Source: Planctomycetota bacterium (lineage in GTDB: Bacteria; Planctomycetota; B15-G4). Taken from it: 64,000 nt of DNA. Made by a program: the position numbers and the translations under genes. Below the pieces are notes generated by a model, which was not told where the DNA came from, did not search any database, and worked only from the letters and a program-made list of their open reading frames with translations. Positions 8,751 to 18,611 of this stretch are shown in pieces. The DNA lies in contig JBBQUR010000004.1 of assembly GCA_038212275.1 (NCBI GenBank), forward strand, positions 32,001 through 96,000, read 5' to 3'. The number at the start of each line of letters is the position of its first letter. Positions within the stretch are counted from its first letter, which is position 1.

Positions 8751-10220
8751 GTGGTCATGGACGATTCCTGCACCCCGCGCTCACGGACCGATGTCCCGGG
8801 CATTCAGGGCGCGTCGCGCGGACGAGCCTTGACGCTGTCGCTCGCCGCGATGATCGCGGCACTGCTCGTCCCCACGGCGTGGGCGCAGGAGGGGGCGGGC
8901 AGCGCAACCGGCGCACCGAGCGCGGTGCGCACGCCCCTCCAGGCGGCAGGTGATCTCGGGCCGGAAGCTGCAGGCACCGGCTCCGCGCCGGACCCGCGCA
9001 CGCGACCGAAGCGCTGGCTGCTGCACGCCGTGCGCGGTGGCGTGCTCCGCGCCCTGGCGCGCTGGAGCGACGACCACTGGGAGTTTCAGCGCAACGGGCA
9101 ATGGGAGTCGCTGCCGGCGGGAGCCATCGACCGGGAGCAACTCGAGTCGGTCGTGCTCACCGAGTCCCGCAAGCGGCGCGCTGCCGTGCGGCGCAACGAC
9201 ACGGCGGGGCTCACGGAACACGCCCGCTGGTTGATCGAGTCGGGCCTCTACACGGAGGGGGTGAACCTTCTGTCCGAAGTGCTCGAGTCCGCGCCCGATC
9301 AGCCGGAGGCCCTTGCGTTGCTGGCTTCGGGGGCCGTGCCGGTGGCGCTGCCGAGTCTGCAGGTGCCGGCCGACGAGTTGCCGGCCGCCCGCTCGAGGTT
9401 GTTGCAGTACGGCGCCGCGGCGCCGCGCTCGCTGCAGGAGCTGGCCATCGTCGACCTGCGCGAGGCCTGCGCCGAGCCGGACGAAGCCGCCGCGCTGCGT
9501 GCCGAGCTGGTTGCGCTGCTGACGGATCCCTCAGGGCAGGCGCGGGCCTTTGCAGCCTTGGCGTTGCGACGGCTCGTGCCCGGCGAGGCCGTGTCGCAGG
9601 AGGAAGTCGAAGAGTTCCTGCGCCGCGCCCTGCAGGATGTCTCGTCCGAAGTGCGCAGCCAGGCCACGCTCGCGCTGCGCGACGTTCACGCAGAAGGCGT
9701 CATCCTGCCCATCGTGAAGGCGCTCGAGAGCCCGTCACCGGCGCTGCGCAGGCACGCTGCCGAGAGCCTCGGAGAACTGGGGTTTCCCGCGGCCGTACCT
9801 CCGCTCGTCACGAGATTCATCACACTGCCTCTGGATGGCGGCCCCGGCAGCTACCACGCACCAAGCGGCCACATCTTCGTGGGGCGGCAGATCGCCTACA
9901 TCGCGGGGTTCAGCGTGAACGTTGCCCAGAACGCGGCCATCGGTGATCCGGAGATCGGCACGCTGCAGGAGGGTGCCAGCATCGGCGTGTCGGTGCTGGG
10001 CAGCAGCGATGCCGCGACGGAGGGCTACCTGGCCGAGTCCAAGGCGCTCCGCACGGCACTCACGAAACTCACCGGCGCGAACCCGGGGGCGACGAAGTCT
10101 TCATGGAAGGCCTGGTGGGCGAAGAATCAGGATCGCTGGACGGCCACCGCCGCCAGTACGGGCGCCGGGACGGAGGAGCCCGCGTCCCCGCCGCCCGCTG
10201 CGGGTGGGGCGCCGCGCTGA
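8751..10220 (+). CDS. Secreted HEAT-repeat protein
   Basis: Signal peptide ending AWA-Q; HEAT-like repeats (VRSQATLAL, LRRHAAESLGELG); LTKLTG...WKAWW motif; start uncertain. Confidence 0.7.
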   Translation: MVMDDSCTPRSRTDVPGIQGASRGRALTLSLAAMIAALLVPTAWAQEGAGSATGAPSAVRTPLQAAGDLGPEAAGTGSAPDPRTRPKRWLLHAVRGGVLRALARWSDDHWEFQRNGQWESLPAGAIDREQLESVVLTESRKRRAAVRRNDTAGLTEHARWLIESGLYTEGVNLLSEVLESAPDQPEALALLASGAVPVALPSLQVPADELPAARSRLLQYGAAAPRSLQELAIVDLREACAEPDEAAALRAELVALLTDPSGQARAFAALALRRLVPGEAVSQEEVEEFLRRALQDVSSEVRSQATLALRDVHAEGVILPIVKALESPSPALRRHAAESLGELGFPAAVPPLVTRFITLPLDGGPGSYHAPSGHIFVGRQIAYIAGFSVNVAQNAAIGDPEIGTLQEGASIGVSVLGSSDAATEGYLAESKALRTALTKLTGANPGATKSSWKAWWAKNQDRWTATAASTGAGTEEPASPPPAAGGAPR

Positions 10221-10314
10221 CGTTCGGGGGCATGGCGGCCGTGACGTTCACTGTCCGGCATCGCCGCTGTCCGTCGGGCTGATGAGTCGTCGACGCGAGG
10301 GCGTCGTCGACGGG

Positions 10315-11268
10315 TCATTCGGCGTCTGCGCTGCGGTGCGGGCGCAGCAGTGAGGCGACGATGGCCGCCGCGAGCAGGCCGACGATGATCACCAGTGACC
10401 AGACGATGGGAACCTCCCACGCCGTTTCACTCATCAGCATCTTCGCGCCGACGAAGATCAGCACGGCAGCGAGGCCGTACTTGAGGTAGTGGAAGCGGTC
10501 CATGATCCCGGAGAGCAGGAAGAAAAGCGAGCGCAGCCCGAGGATCGCGAAGATGTTCGAGGTGTAGACGATGAAGGGATCGCGGCTGATTGCGAAGACG
10601 GCGGGGATGGAGTCCGTCGCGAAGAGGACATCGGTCGCTTCGGCGGCTACCACCGCGAGGAGCAGGGGCGTCGCCTTGCGCCGGCCGTCCTCGTGCACGA
10701 AGAAGTTGCCGCCGTGGTAATCCGCGGTCATCGGAAAGATGCGCCGGAAGCTGCGGGCGATGATGTTGCGCTCGGGATGCGGCTCGGCTTCGTCGGCGAA
10801 GAGCAGCTTGATGCCCGTGATCACGAGGAATCCGCCGAAGACGAAGATCATCCAGTGGAAGCGATCGAGCAGCGCGGAGCCGACGAAGATGAAGATGCCT
10901 CTCGTGATCAGCGCGCCGAGGATGCCCCAGAACAGCACGCGGTGCTGGTAGGCCGCCGGCACCGCCAGCGAGCGGAACAGCACCAGGAAGACGAAGAGGT
11001 TGTCGATGGACAGTGCTTCCTCGACCACGTAGCCGGTCGCGAATTCCGTGGCCTTCACGCTGCCGAACTTCAGGTAGACGAAGACGTTGAAGGCCGCGGC
11101 GAGCCCGACCCAGAACGCCGTCCAGCGTGCGGCCTCGCCGAGGCCCGGCATGTGGGCCTTGCGATTGAGCACGCCGAGGTCCAGCGCGAGCAGCGCAAGC
11201 ACGAGGACGGAGAAGCCGATCCACAAGCCCGGCGATCCGATGCCGACGTGTTCCGCCACGGCGAGCAT
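10315..11268 (-). CDS. TerC/Alx family membrane protein
   Basis: GYVVEEALSIDNLFVF, YQHRVLFWGILGALITRG, FATDSIPAVFAIS, YTSNIFAILGLRSL. Confidence 0.93.
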   Translation of the reverse strand: MLAVAEHVGIGSPGLWIGFSVLVLALLALDLGVLNRKAHMPGLGEAARWTAFWVGLAAAFNVFVYLKFGSVKATEFATGYVVEEALSIDNLFVFLVLFRSLAVPAAYQHRVLFWGILGALITRGIFIFVGSALLDRFHWMIFVFGGFLVITGIKLLFADEAEPHPERNIIARSFRRIFPMTADYHGGNFFVHEDGRRKATPLLLAVVAAEATDVLFATDSIPAVFAISRDPFIVYTSNIFAILGLRSLFFLLSGIMDRFHYLKYGLAAVLIFVGAKMLMSETAWEVPIVWSLVIIVGLLAAAIVASLLRPHRSADAE

Positions 11269-11269
11269 G

Positions 11270-12982
11270 TCAGGCGAGCGGAGCCGCGCGGGGGGACGAC
11301 GTCGGTCCGGGCGAAGCGGGTGGAGCGCGGCGGGCCGTTGCGAGCTGCATGAGTGCCGGGATGGCCAGATACAACGCGAGCCCGATGAGTCCGATGGCGG
11401 CGATGGCGTTCACGAGCGAGATGTCGAACCCCTGCGCGGACTGCATATTGGACATGATCAGGCTGCCCAGTGCCCAGAGGGTGATCACCAGCACGAAGAT
11501 CATCGGCGGCAGCGTGAAGGCGATGGAGCGCCCCGATCGCGCGAGCCAGACGGTGATGACGAGCAGCGTGAGCGCCGCGAGCAGCTGGTTGCTGGCTCCG
11601 AAGAGCACCCAGAAGCGGGTCCACATCCCCGCCTCGGCGAAGGTGAGCAGGAAGGCAGGGACGGCCAGCGTGATGAGCGTTGCGAGCACGGCGGAGGCGG
11701 TGCCGCGCCATCCGAACAGTTCCTGGATGATGTAGCGGCCAAGCCGCGTGGTGACGTCGAGCGTGTCGAACACGAAGGTCGAGAAGGCCATGGCGCCGAA
11801 GGTGATCGCGAACCCCAGCCTGTCCTCGCCGAGGATGAGGCACAGGAATCGGCCGATGCCCTGCCCGTAGATGGTGCCGGGAGAGAGGCCTGCCATGTCG
11901 CCCGGCGCCAGGATCATGATCGTGACGAGCGCGATCAGCGCGACGAAGCCCTCGGCAAGCATGGCGCCGTAGCCCACGGGCTGGATGTGGCGTTCGTTGT
12001 CCACCTGCTTCGAGGTCGTGCCCGAGCAGACCAGTCCGTGGAAGCCGGAGCAGGCGCCGCACGCGATGGTCACGAACAGGAACGGAATCAGCGGGGCCGC
12101 GGGGGCGCCCGCGAGGGGCTCGTGGAACGCCGGCTGCCTGATCGAGTAGCCGCCGAACAGAATCCCGACGACCCCGATGGCAAGCGCACTGTAGAGCACG
12201 AAGCCGCCAAGATAGCCGCGCGGTTGAAGCAGGGCCCACACCGGCGTTACCGACGCGACGGCGCAGTAGGCAAGGATGATGAGGCCCCAGTCATGCCGGT
12301 CGAGCACGAAGGGCGCGCTTGCGTGCGTGCCGAGCCACGCCACGCCGAAGGTTGCCGGCACGAAGACCAGCGTGAGCAACCAGAGCGGCGGGCGCAGCAT
12401 CCGTTGCGCGAGGCCCATGATCACGGCCAGCCCGAGATACATCGTGCTGGCCGCCGCGACCGCGCCGCCGGGATGGAAGCCGAGCGACTGCCCGGCAAGT
12501 TCCTCGGGACCGGTCACGAAGGTGCCGGCCGTGATGTCGACAAAGGCGACGATGACGTAGATCAGCGCGATCCAGATGAAGGCGAGCATCGCCAGACCGG
12601 CGCGACGCCCGAGGTGCTCGCGCGCGATGTCCGCGATGGACCGCCCGCCATGGCGGACGGAGGCCGCGAGGCTCGCGAAGTCATGCACGGCACCGATGAA
12701 GACCACGCCGAAGCTGATCCAGAGCAGGCATGGCAGCCAGCCGTAGCTCTGGCACGCGAGGATCGGCCCGGCGATCGGTCCCGCGGCTGCGATGGCGGAG
12801 AAGTGCTGCGCGAAGAGATAGAAGGGCGGCGTGGGCACGAAATCCGCGCCGTCGGATTGAACATGCGCCGGCGTGGGGCGTTGCCCGTCCAGGGAGAATT
12901 GCCGCGCGACGAGGCGGCCCCAGAATCGATAGCCGGCTCCCAGCAGCACCACGAACAGGAGTGCTAGAAGCGGCAGGCTCAT
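11270..12982 (-). CDS. cstA: Carbon starvation protein CstA family transporter
   Basis: QHFSAIAAAGPIAGP, IGAVHDF, FVTIACGACSGFHGLV, VGYGAMLAEG, LFGASNQLLA. Confidence 0.93.
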   Translation of the reverse strand: MSLPLLALLFVVLLGAGYRFWGRLVARQFSLDGQRPTPAHVQSDGADFVPTPPFYLFAQHFSAIAAAGPIAGPILACQSYGWLPCLLWISFGVVFIGAVHDFASLAASVRHGGRSIADIAREHLGRRAGLAMLAFIWIALIYVIVAFVDITAGTFVTGPEELAGQSLGFHPGGAVAAASTMYLGLAVIMGLAQRMLRPPLWLLTLVFVPATFGVAWLGTHASAPFVLDRHDWGLIILAYCAVASVTPVWALLQPRGYLGGFVLYSALAIGVVGILFGGYSIRQPAFHEPLAGAPAAPLIPFLFVTIACGACSGFHGLVCSGTTSKQVDNERHIQPVGYGAMLAEGFVALIALVTIMILAPGDMAGLSPGTIYGQGIGRFLCLILGEDRLGFAITFGAMAFSTFVFDTLDVTTRLGRYIIQELFGWRGTASAVLATLITLAVPAFLLTFAEAGMWTRFWVLFGASNQLLAALTLLVITVWLARSGRSIAFTLPPMIFVLVITLWALGSLIMSNMQSAQGFDISLVNAIAAIGLIGLALYLAIPALMQLATARRAPPASPGPTSSPRAAPLA

Positions 12983-13113
12983 CCTTCGGGAACTTCCTGC
13001 TGGGGTCGCCACCGGTGCGGGCGATCGGGCGGGGGCATGGTGAGAATGCGCGAGCGAAGGATAGGGCGGCTCGCCGCGCTGATTCAACCGCCGCACGCCG
13101 TCGGAACGAGAGA

Positions 13114-13148
13114 CGGCCCGGCTCGAGTCGAGGACTCGGGCCGGGCCG
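13114..13148 (-). terminator. 16-bp-stem hairpin downstream of the FG-GAP gene, possible terminator
   Basis: cggcccggctcgagtc-gag-gactcgggccgggccg, followed on the minus strand by TCTCTCGTT (weak U tract). Confidence 0.45.
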
Positions 13149-13198
13149 CGTGTCGCAGTGGGCTGCGCGGCTTCCTGGAAGCTGCGCAGGCGGTCGAA

Positions 13199-14773
13199 TC
13201 AGGGAGTCAGTGCGGAGAGTCCGTTGCTCGCGGTGAATCCGGTCGGCGAGCCGCCGTCCACGAACCACATCTGGTGGTACAGGGAAATCTCGGACGGAAC
13301 GCCGGATGGGAAGGTCGTCGAGAAGCTCAGTGAGCCGGACGCGTTGCTGGCGAAGCCGGCGACCACGATGTCCGGCGACGGCACGAGCGTGCCGGACTTG
13401 AAGGGCGCGAACACCGTGTTGAAGCCGGCGACCATGATCGCGGGCTTCGAGATCGGGCCGGACTGCACCTGGTAGGTGATCGTCGACAGGGGCTCAAGCG
13501 TGCCGCTGCCCGAAAGGCGCGGCGTCGCACTCACCGTGTAGTACGCAAAGCCCATGTCCTTCCAGGTCAATCCGCGATTCCGGAAGAAGAAGTCGTCGCC
13601 GCCGAGTGTGTTGGCGAAGAGGACTTCGGGCAGGCTGTCACCGTCCACGTCGACGATGGTCACGTCGCGCGAGTCGCCGGGCGAGTTCGGCAGCTGGCCG
13701 TACATGATGCGCGTGAACGTGGCATCGCCATTGTTGATGTAGAAGAATCCATCCGCCTGGCGGTTGGCGACGATGAGGTCGAGGTCGCCGTCCCGGTCGA
13801 GATCGCCCCACGCCGAGTGGTAGGAGTCGCTCGCGCCAAGAGACGGTTCAAGTCCCGTCAGCTTCTGGAAGTGGCCCGTGCCGTCGTTGGCGTACAGCAT
13901 GTTGCCCTGGCCGAATCGGCGCGTGGCGAACAGGTCCAGGTCGCCGTCATCGTCGAAGTCAGCGAGCGACACGCCGTAGGTCTCGCCCACGTCGTTCACG
14001 GCCGGATCGCCGGCCAGGCGCACAAAGCTTCCAAGGACTCCACCCTGAGCGTGGCCCTGGTTGATGTAGATGAAGTTGTGCTCGTTCTCGCTGTTGGCCA
14101 CCACGATGTCGGGATCGCCGTCGTTGTCGAGATCGCCGACGGCCACGCCGCGCGAGGTGCCGATGTCGGTGACGAAGGGGCCCGTCGTGACTTTGGTGAA
14201 GTTGGCGGCTCCATCGTTGAGGTACATCGTGTTGGTCTGCAGGCGGTTGACGAAGACCAGATCGAGGTCGCCGTCGAGTTCGAGATCGACCCAGGCCACG
14301 CCGTAGGTCTCGCCCTTGTCGATGGCAATCGGACCAGTGAGCTTCTTCTCGAAGCGTCCTTCGGTGCCGGGCGTCGGACCCACGTTGCGGTAGACCTCGT
14401 TCGGCATGCCCAATCCATCGGGGAGCAGTCCCTTGCTGCCGTTGGCGATCGCGAGGTCGAGGTCACCGTCACCATCCATGTCGCCCCACGCTGCGCCGAA
14501 CGAGTGATCCGCCGTGACGTTCAGGCTGAAGGGCGGCACGACCGCGAAGTTCCCGAAGCCGTCGTTCCGGTAGACCACATTCGGTTGAGCGAAGTTCACC
14601 GCGATGAGGTCCATGTCGCCATCGCCGTCGAAGTCGCCCGGCACGAGGGCGCGCGTGTCCTGCCCGTCCATGGAGATCGGTGCGGCCGGGTCCGAAATGA
14701 GCACCGGGTAGTTCTGGGCTGTTGCGACGCCGCTGGCGACGGCAAGAGCGATGACGAGTTTCTGCGTGAGCAT
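13199..14773 (-). CDS. Secreted FG-GAP/VCBS-repeat beta-propeller protein with a ~120-aa C-terminal domain
   Basis: Signal peptide; seven repeats of type GDxDGDGDLDL; SD AAGGAG upstream; C-terminal LYHQMWFVD...SNGL. Confidence 0.88.
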   Translation of the reverse strand: MLTQKLVIALAVASGVATAQNYPVLISDPAAPISMDGQDTRALVPGDFDGDGDMDLIAVNFAQPNVVYRNDGFGNFAVVPPFSLNVTADHSFGAAWGDMDGDGDLDLAIANGSKGLLPDGLGMPNEVYRNVGPTPGTEGRFEKKLTGPIAIDKGETYGVAWVDLELDGDLDLVFVNRLQTNTMYLNDGAANFTKVTTGPFVTDIGTSRGVAVGDLDNDGDPDIVVANSENEHNFIYINQGHAQGGVLGSFVRLAGDPAVNDVGETYGVSLADFDDDGDLDLFATRRFGQGNMLYANDGTGHFQKLTGLEPSLGASDSYHSAWGDLDRDGDLDLIVANRQADGFFYINNGDATFTRIMYGQLPNSPGDSRDVTIVDVDGDSLPEVLFANTLGGDDFFFRNRGLTWKDMGFAYYTVSATPRLSGSGTLEPLSTITYQVQSGPISKPAIMVAGFNTVFAPFKSGTLVPSPDIVVAGFASNASGSLSFSTTFPSGVPSEISLYHQMWFVDGGSPTGFTASNGLSALTP

Positions 14774-15137
14774 GAGCGTGACGTCTCCTTGCGATGATCC
14801 AGGCTGGCAGGGAATCGTCCTATCGGACGAGTGGTGCCCTGAGGCTGAGGCCGGCTGGACGATCACGGAATCAAGTGTCTTTCAATCGTCACGTCCGGCG
14901 GCGTCACCACGGGCGTTGGGCCGCGCCCCATGCTCCCTGGGCACGGTGCCGGGAAGGTCAGCGCTGCGGGCGTGGCGAGTGGTTGCAGCCCTCCCGTTCG
15001 GCCGAAAGGGCCCGGAACGCCTGCCGCTGATGGTCCGGCGCGGCCGGTGACGGGCGGCTCGTGGGGGGGCGGGTGGCGAAAGGCCCGGCTGCCTGCCGGG
15101 TGCTGCGCGGACGGCTGGGGCGCCGCCCGGCGGGGGC

Positions 15138-16307
15138 CTACTTCTTGAGGAAGTAGTAGTAGAGCTGCCCCTCTTCCTGGGTGGTGCCCGCGAGTCTTTC
15201 CGCGCCCTGACCGATGCCGAGGTAGAGGTCGGCGCGGCCGGCCGTGCGAATGGCGCCGCCCCTGTCCTGATCGAACATGAAGCGGTTGAAGGACTTCGGC
15301 GACCGCCCGCCACCGTAGTGAAGCTTCGTGTCCACGAAGACGAGTGCGCCGCGCGGGAAGAGCGACTTGTCCGTCGCGATCGAGCGATTGGCGCTGACCT
15401 CGACATTCAGGCAGCCACGCGGATTGCCATCGATCGGAGTGAAGAAGACGAAGGACTCGTTGCGCGCGAGGTACTCGGGGACTTCGTCGGGGTGTTCAGC
15501 TGCCCAGGCGCGGATGGTGGTCAGGTTGGCAGCGGCTTCCTTCAACTCGCCGGCCTTCACGAGTGCGGCGCGCAGCGATGAGTATTCGTGCCCGTTCTTG
15601 CCTGCATAACCCAATCGGTAAAGCGAGCGATCGGGAAGCCGGATGACCGCGGAACCATTGACGTGCGCGATGTAGGCATCGAGCGGATTCCTGAGCCAGG
15701 CGAGTTCGAGGCCCTGACCGTCGAGCATTCCCGACGATTCGATCGTGCGCCGGTCCGGATAGGGCTGCAGGCCTGTGGCCGTCTGCTGCCCCTGCGTCTC
15801 GCCTTCCTTGTCCTTCACGAGGTCCGGTGGAAGCGCGTAGAGCGGATACTTGTAGACGTCGGTGCGCTCGAGGCTGCCGTCAAGGATGGGCGTGCAATAA
15901 CCGGTGAAGAGCACACCGCCGCCGGTCCCGTCCCATCCGGCGCTCTTGTAGACCTGGAATTCCTTGTCGATGGCGCGCGCGAAAGCCTCTTCGTCGGGGC
16001 TGGTCTCGAGCAGCTCCCGGAAACGCACCACGCTTGCCAGCGTCTTTTCGTGGCTGATGCCAGCCATGGGGAAGTAACGCGGCGCGCTGGGCTTGTTGAG
16101 GAATTCCAGAGAGTGATCCAGCGCGGGAAGAATGCTCGCCTTCGCGGCCCACTCCGGCCGCACGTCGGGTCGCGGCTCGCCCGGGCGGAGCGGGATCAAC
16201 GCGGGGGCTCCCGGCGGAAGCGCCCTGGTGTAGTCCTTCTTGAGTTCCTCGCCGGAGCATGCGGTGAGGCACAAGAGGACGAGCGACGCGCTGATGAATC
16301 TGTTCAC
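15138..16307 (-). CDS. mltA: MltA-type lytic murein transglycosylase lipoprotein
   Basis: Lipobox LTAC; FTGYCTP, YPLY, HVNGSA, YAGKNGHEY, SIATDKSLFPRG, DQDRGGAI..GRADLYLG (3D domain). Confidence 0.88.
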   Translation of the reverse strand: MNRFISASLVLLCLTACSGEELKKDYTRALPPGAPALIPLRPGEPRPDVRPEWAAKASILPALDHSLEFLNKPSAPRYFPMAGISHEKTLASVVRFRELLETSPDEEAFARAIDKEFQVYKSAGWDGTGGGVLFTGYCTPILDGSLERTDVYKYPLYALPPDLVKDKEGETQGQQTATGLQPYPDRRTIESSGMLDGQGLELAWLRNPLDAYIAHVNGSAVIRLPDRSLYRLGYAGKNGHEYSSLRAALVKAGELKEAAANLTTIRAWAAEHPDEVPEYLARNESFVFFTPIDGNPRGCLNVEVSANRSIATDKSLFPRGALVFVDTKLHYGGGRSPKSFNRFMFDQDRGGAIRTAGRADLYLGIGQGAERLAGTTQEEGQLYYYFLKK

Positions 16308-16418
16308 GCGGGCCAGACTACCGGGCGCGGCCGCTGAATCCAGTGCCGGGCTGCAGGCCGTCGTGCGAAGCGCATGACGGCCGGGCGATGCGCCCGGCGT
16401 TTGGCTGAGGCGCCGGAA

Positions 16419-16496
<78 letters not shown>

Positions 16497-16602
16497 ACAT
16501 CTAGCGGTGTGCGCGGGCTTGGAGCCCCCGCACGCGGGCGGGAGGTTACCCGAGCGCAGGCGGCAGGGACAAGGGCAACGTCCGTTCGAAGCGGGCGTCG
16601 CG

Positions 16603-16630
16603 GATGTAACGCACCGTCGGGGTTGCCGTC
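16603..16630 (+). promoter_or_regulatory. Putative ECF-sigma promoter TGTAAC-N16-CGTC
   Basis: GATGTAACGC...CCGTC, 9 nt before ATG16640; same layout at 48762-48789. Confidence 0.55.
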
Positions 16631-16639
16631 CTGCACGAC

Positions 16640-17545
16640 ATGCTCAACCACGTGATGCTGCTGCTTCCGATGCTGTCCCTGCCGTGCCAGTCGGCGCCCG
16701 TCTCCTTCACTGGCCTTGTTTCAGTGCGTCCGGGAGTGGCTCTGGCCCCTGGCGTGCTCGAGGGCGGCCGTCCGCGCTCGCGGGCGCTGCTCGTCGCGCT
16801 GCACGGTGGCAGCTTCTCGGATTCCGACCCCCTGCACCTCGCGGAACGCTGCCGCGAAGCTCTGGACGCAGCGGCGCGCTCGGAGGGCTTGCGGCTGCTC
16901 GTGCCGGTGGCTCCCGTGCCGGCGGAGGCGCTGCCCGAGACAGGCGAGCGCGCACCAGCATCCGCGCCGCTCCCCGGGGACGGCACGCCGCGAGTGGCAC
17001 CGGCTCGAGTGTCACCGGCTCGAGTGTCACCGGCTCGAACAGCGTCGGAGGGTTATCAGGTCCCCTGGCTGTTGCCGGAGGGCGAGGATCTTGTGCTGGC
17101 GCTCATCGACGCGGAGATCAAGGCGCGGCGCGCCGATTCGACGCGCATCTATCTCGCAGGGCACGGAGCCGGCGCCACGGGGGCCTTGATGTTCGCAGCT
17201 CGGCACCCCGAGCGGGTCACGGCGGTTGCGGCGTGGGCCGGCACGCCTCCGCCTCTCTGGGACGCCCGGCGGCGCGTCGTCGGGCTGATGGACAACCCGG
17301 TGGCAGCCCTCGAGAGCGTGCCTGTCTACCTGTGGACGGCCCGCGATGACGTGCTGCTCGATCGCGCGGCGCTGCAGCTCTTCACGCGTGGGCTTGCCGT
17401 CCAGCGGCCGGCTCCGCGGCTGCTGATCGACGATGAGTCGGGTGGGCACGGCTACGGTGCCGCGGGCCCCGGACCGGGCCTGCGCTTCCTTCACGCCCAG
17501 CGAAGGAAGGAGGTGCCCCGACAGCCCGTGCCTGCATCGCACTGA
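16640..17545 (+). CDS. Alpha/beta-hydrolase-fold exported protein lacking the nucleophile Ser
   Basis: LLVALHGG; DSTRIYLAGHGAGATGA (GxSxG read as GHGAG); PVYLW; GGHGY. Confidence 0.7.
   Translation: MLNHVMLLLPMLSLPCQSAPVSFTGLVSVRPGVALAPGVLEGGRPRSRALLVALHGGSFSDSDPLHLAERCREALDAAARSEGLRLLVPVAPVPAEALPETGERAPASAPLPGDGTPRVAPARVSPARVSPARTASEGYQVPWLLPEGEDLVLALIDAEIKARRADSTRIYLAGHGAGATGALMFAARHPERVTAVAAWAGTPPPLWDARRRVVGLMDNPVAALESVPVYLWTARDDVLLDRAALQLFTRGLAVQRPAPRLLIDDESGGHGYGAAGPGPGLRFLHAQRRKEVPRQPVPASH
16991..17035. repeat. 15-bp in-frame tandem repeat x3 (RVAPA RVSPA RVSPA)
   Basis: cgagtggcaccggct cgagtgtcaccggct cgagtgtcaccggct. Confidence 0.85.
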
Positions 17546-17563
17546 GTCGTCGGCGCAAGCCGC

Positions 17564-18448
17564 TCAGCGCGTCATGACCTCGGCGCCGTCGTGCCCCACA
17601 TGCATCGTGTGCTCGAACTGCGCCACGACGGCATCGGCGCGCTCGACCAGCGGTGGATACTCGAACACGGCGCCGGCCCGGATGAGGTCACGCAGCGTCT
17701 GCTCGACCACTCCGGCGCCGTGCTGGCGTGCGAGTTCGCGGCGGCAGAACGGCAAGCCCTTGCGGGCCATGATCTGGTCCACGACGCCCGAGTCGGAGTG
17801 CCGGGGCGCTTTCAGTTTGCGCTGGGCGCCGAAGACCTCGGCGCGACCCTGCTCGACCACCGTGCCGCGCCCGGTCGTGGCGAACGGTTCGATGCAGATC
17901 ATCATGCCTTCCTTCAGCACCGCGTCGTCCGAGTCCGGCACGTTGGGAATGGCAGGAGAGCAGTGGATCGTGAACGGCGCAATGCCGTGACCGGTGAGGT
18001 TGGCGACGGGCTTGTGGCCGTACGCGCGCATCGTGGCCTGGATGGCTGCGCCGATGTCGCGGGTGCGCGTGCCGGGGCGCACCAGAGCGATCGCCGCTTC
18101 GAGCGCCTGCCTGCTCGCTTCGAGCAGCGTGGCGTGCGATCCGAGGTCCGCGGTTTCAGCCGTGTCGGCGATGCAGCCGTCGAGGTGGACGCCGAGGTCC
18201 ACCTTGGCGACGTCACCGACACGGAAGACGCGTTCGTCGTCAGGGCCGCAGCAGTCATGCGCGGCGATGCTGTTCACCGAAACCTGTGCCGGGAATGCCA
18301 GATCGGCGCCCTGCGCGCGGATGTACGCCTCAATGGTGTCAAGGACATCCACGTAGCGGACGCCCGGACGGATCGAAGCCACGGCGGCACGTCGTGCCGC
18401 GCTGGCGATTCGGCCTGCTTCACGATACTTCTCGAGATCGACGCGCAT
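17564..18448 (-). CDS. map: Methionine aminopeptidase, type II (archaeal-like), 294 aa
   Basis: AFPAQVSVNSIAAH, KVDLGVHLDGCIADTA, NLTGHG, IEPFATTG, type II insert with LPFCRREL, YPPLVE...AQFEHT. Confidence 0.92.
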   Translation of the reverse strand: MRVDLEKYREAGRIASAARRAAVASIRPGVRYVDVLDTIEAYIRAQGADLAFPAQVSVNSIAAHDCCGPDDERVFRVGDVAKVDLGVHLDGCIADTAETADLGSHATLLEASRQALEAAIALVRPGTRTRDIGAAIQATMRAYGHKPVANLTGHGIAPFTIHCSPAIPNVPDSDDAVLKEGMMICIEPFATTGRGTVVEQGRAEVFGAQRKLKAPRHSDSGVVDQIMARKGLPFCRRELARQHGAGVVEQTLRDLIRAGAVFEYPPLVERADAVVAQFEHTMHVGHDGAEVMTR

Positions 18449-18611
18449 GGGGGGCAGAGAATAGATCACCCGGCACGGGCTGCACACCACATTGCCTGCG
18501 AATCCCGCACTATACTGCGGCGTCCGAAGCGCCGCCGTGCCTGCCGAGGACGTCGCAGCCGGCGCGAAACGAGGCGCACCCGTCGCTGCCCTGCCGCCTC
18601 CGAGAGCCTCC

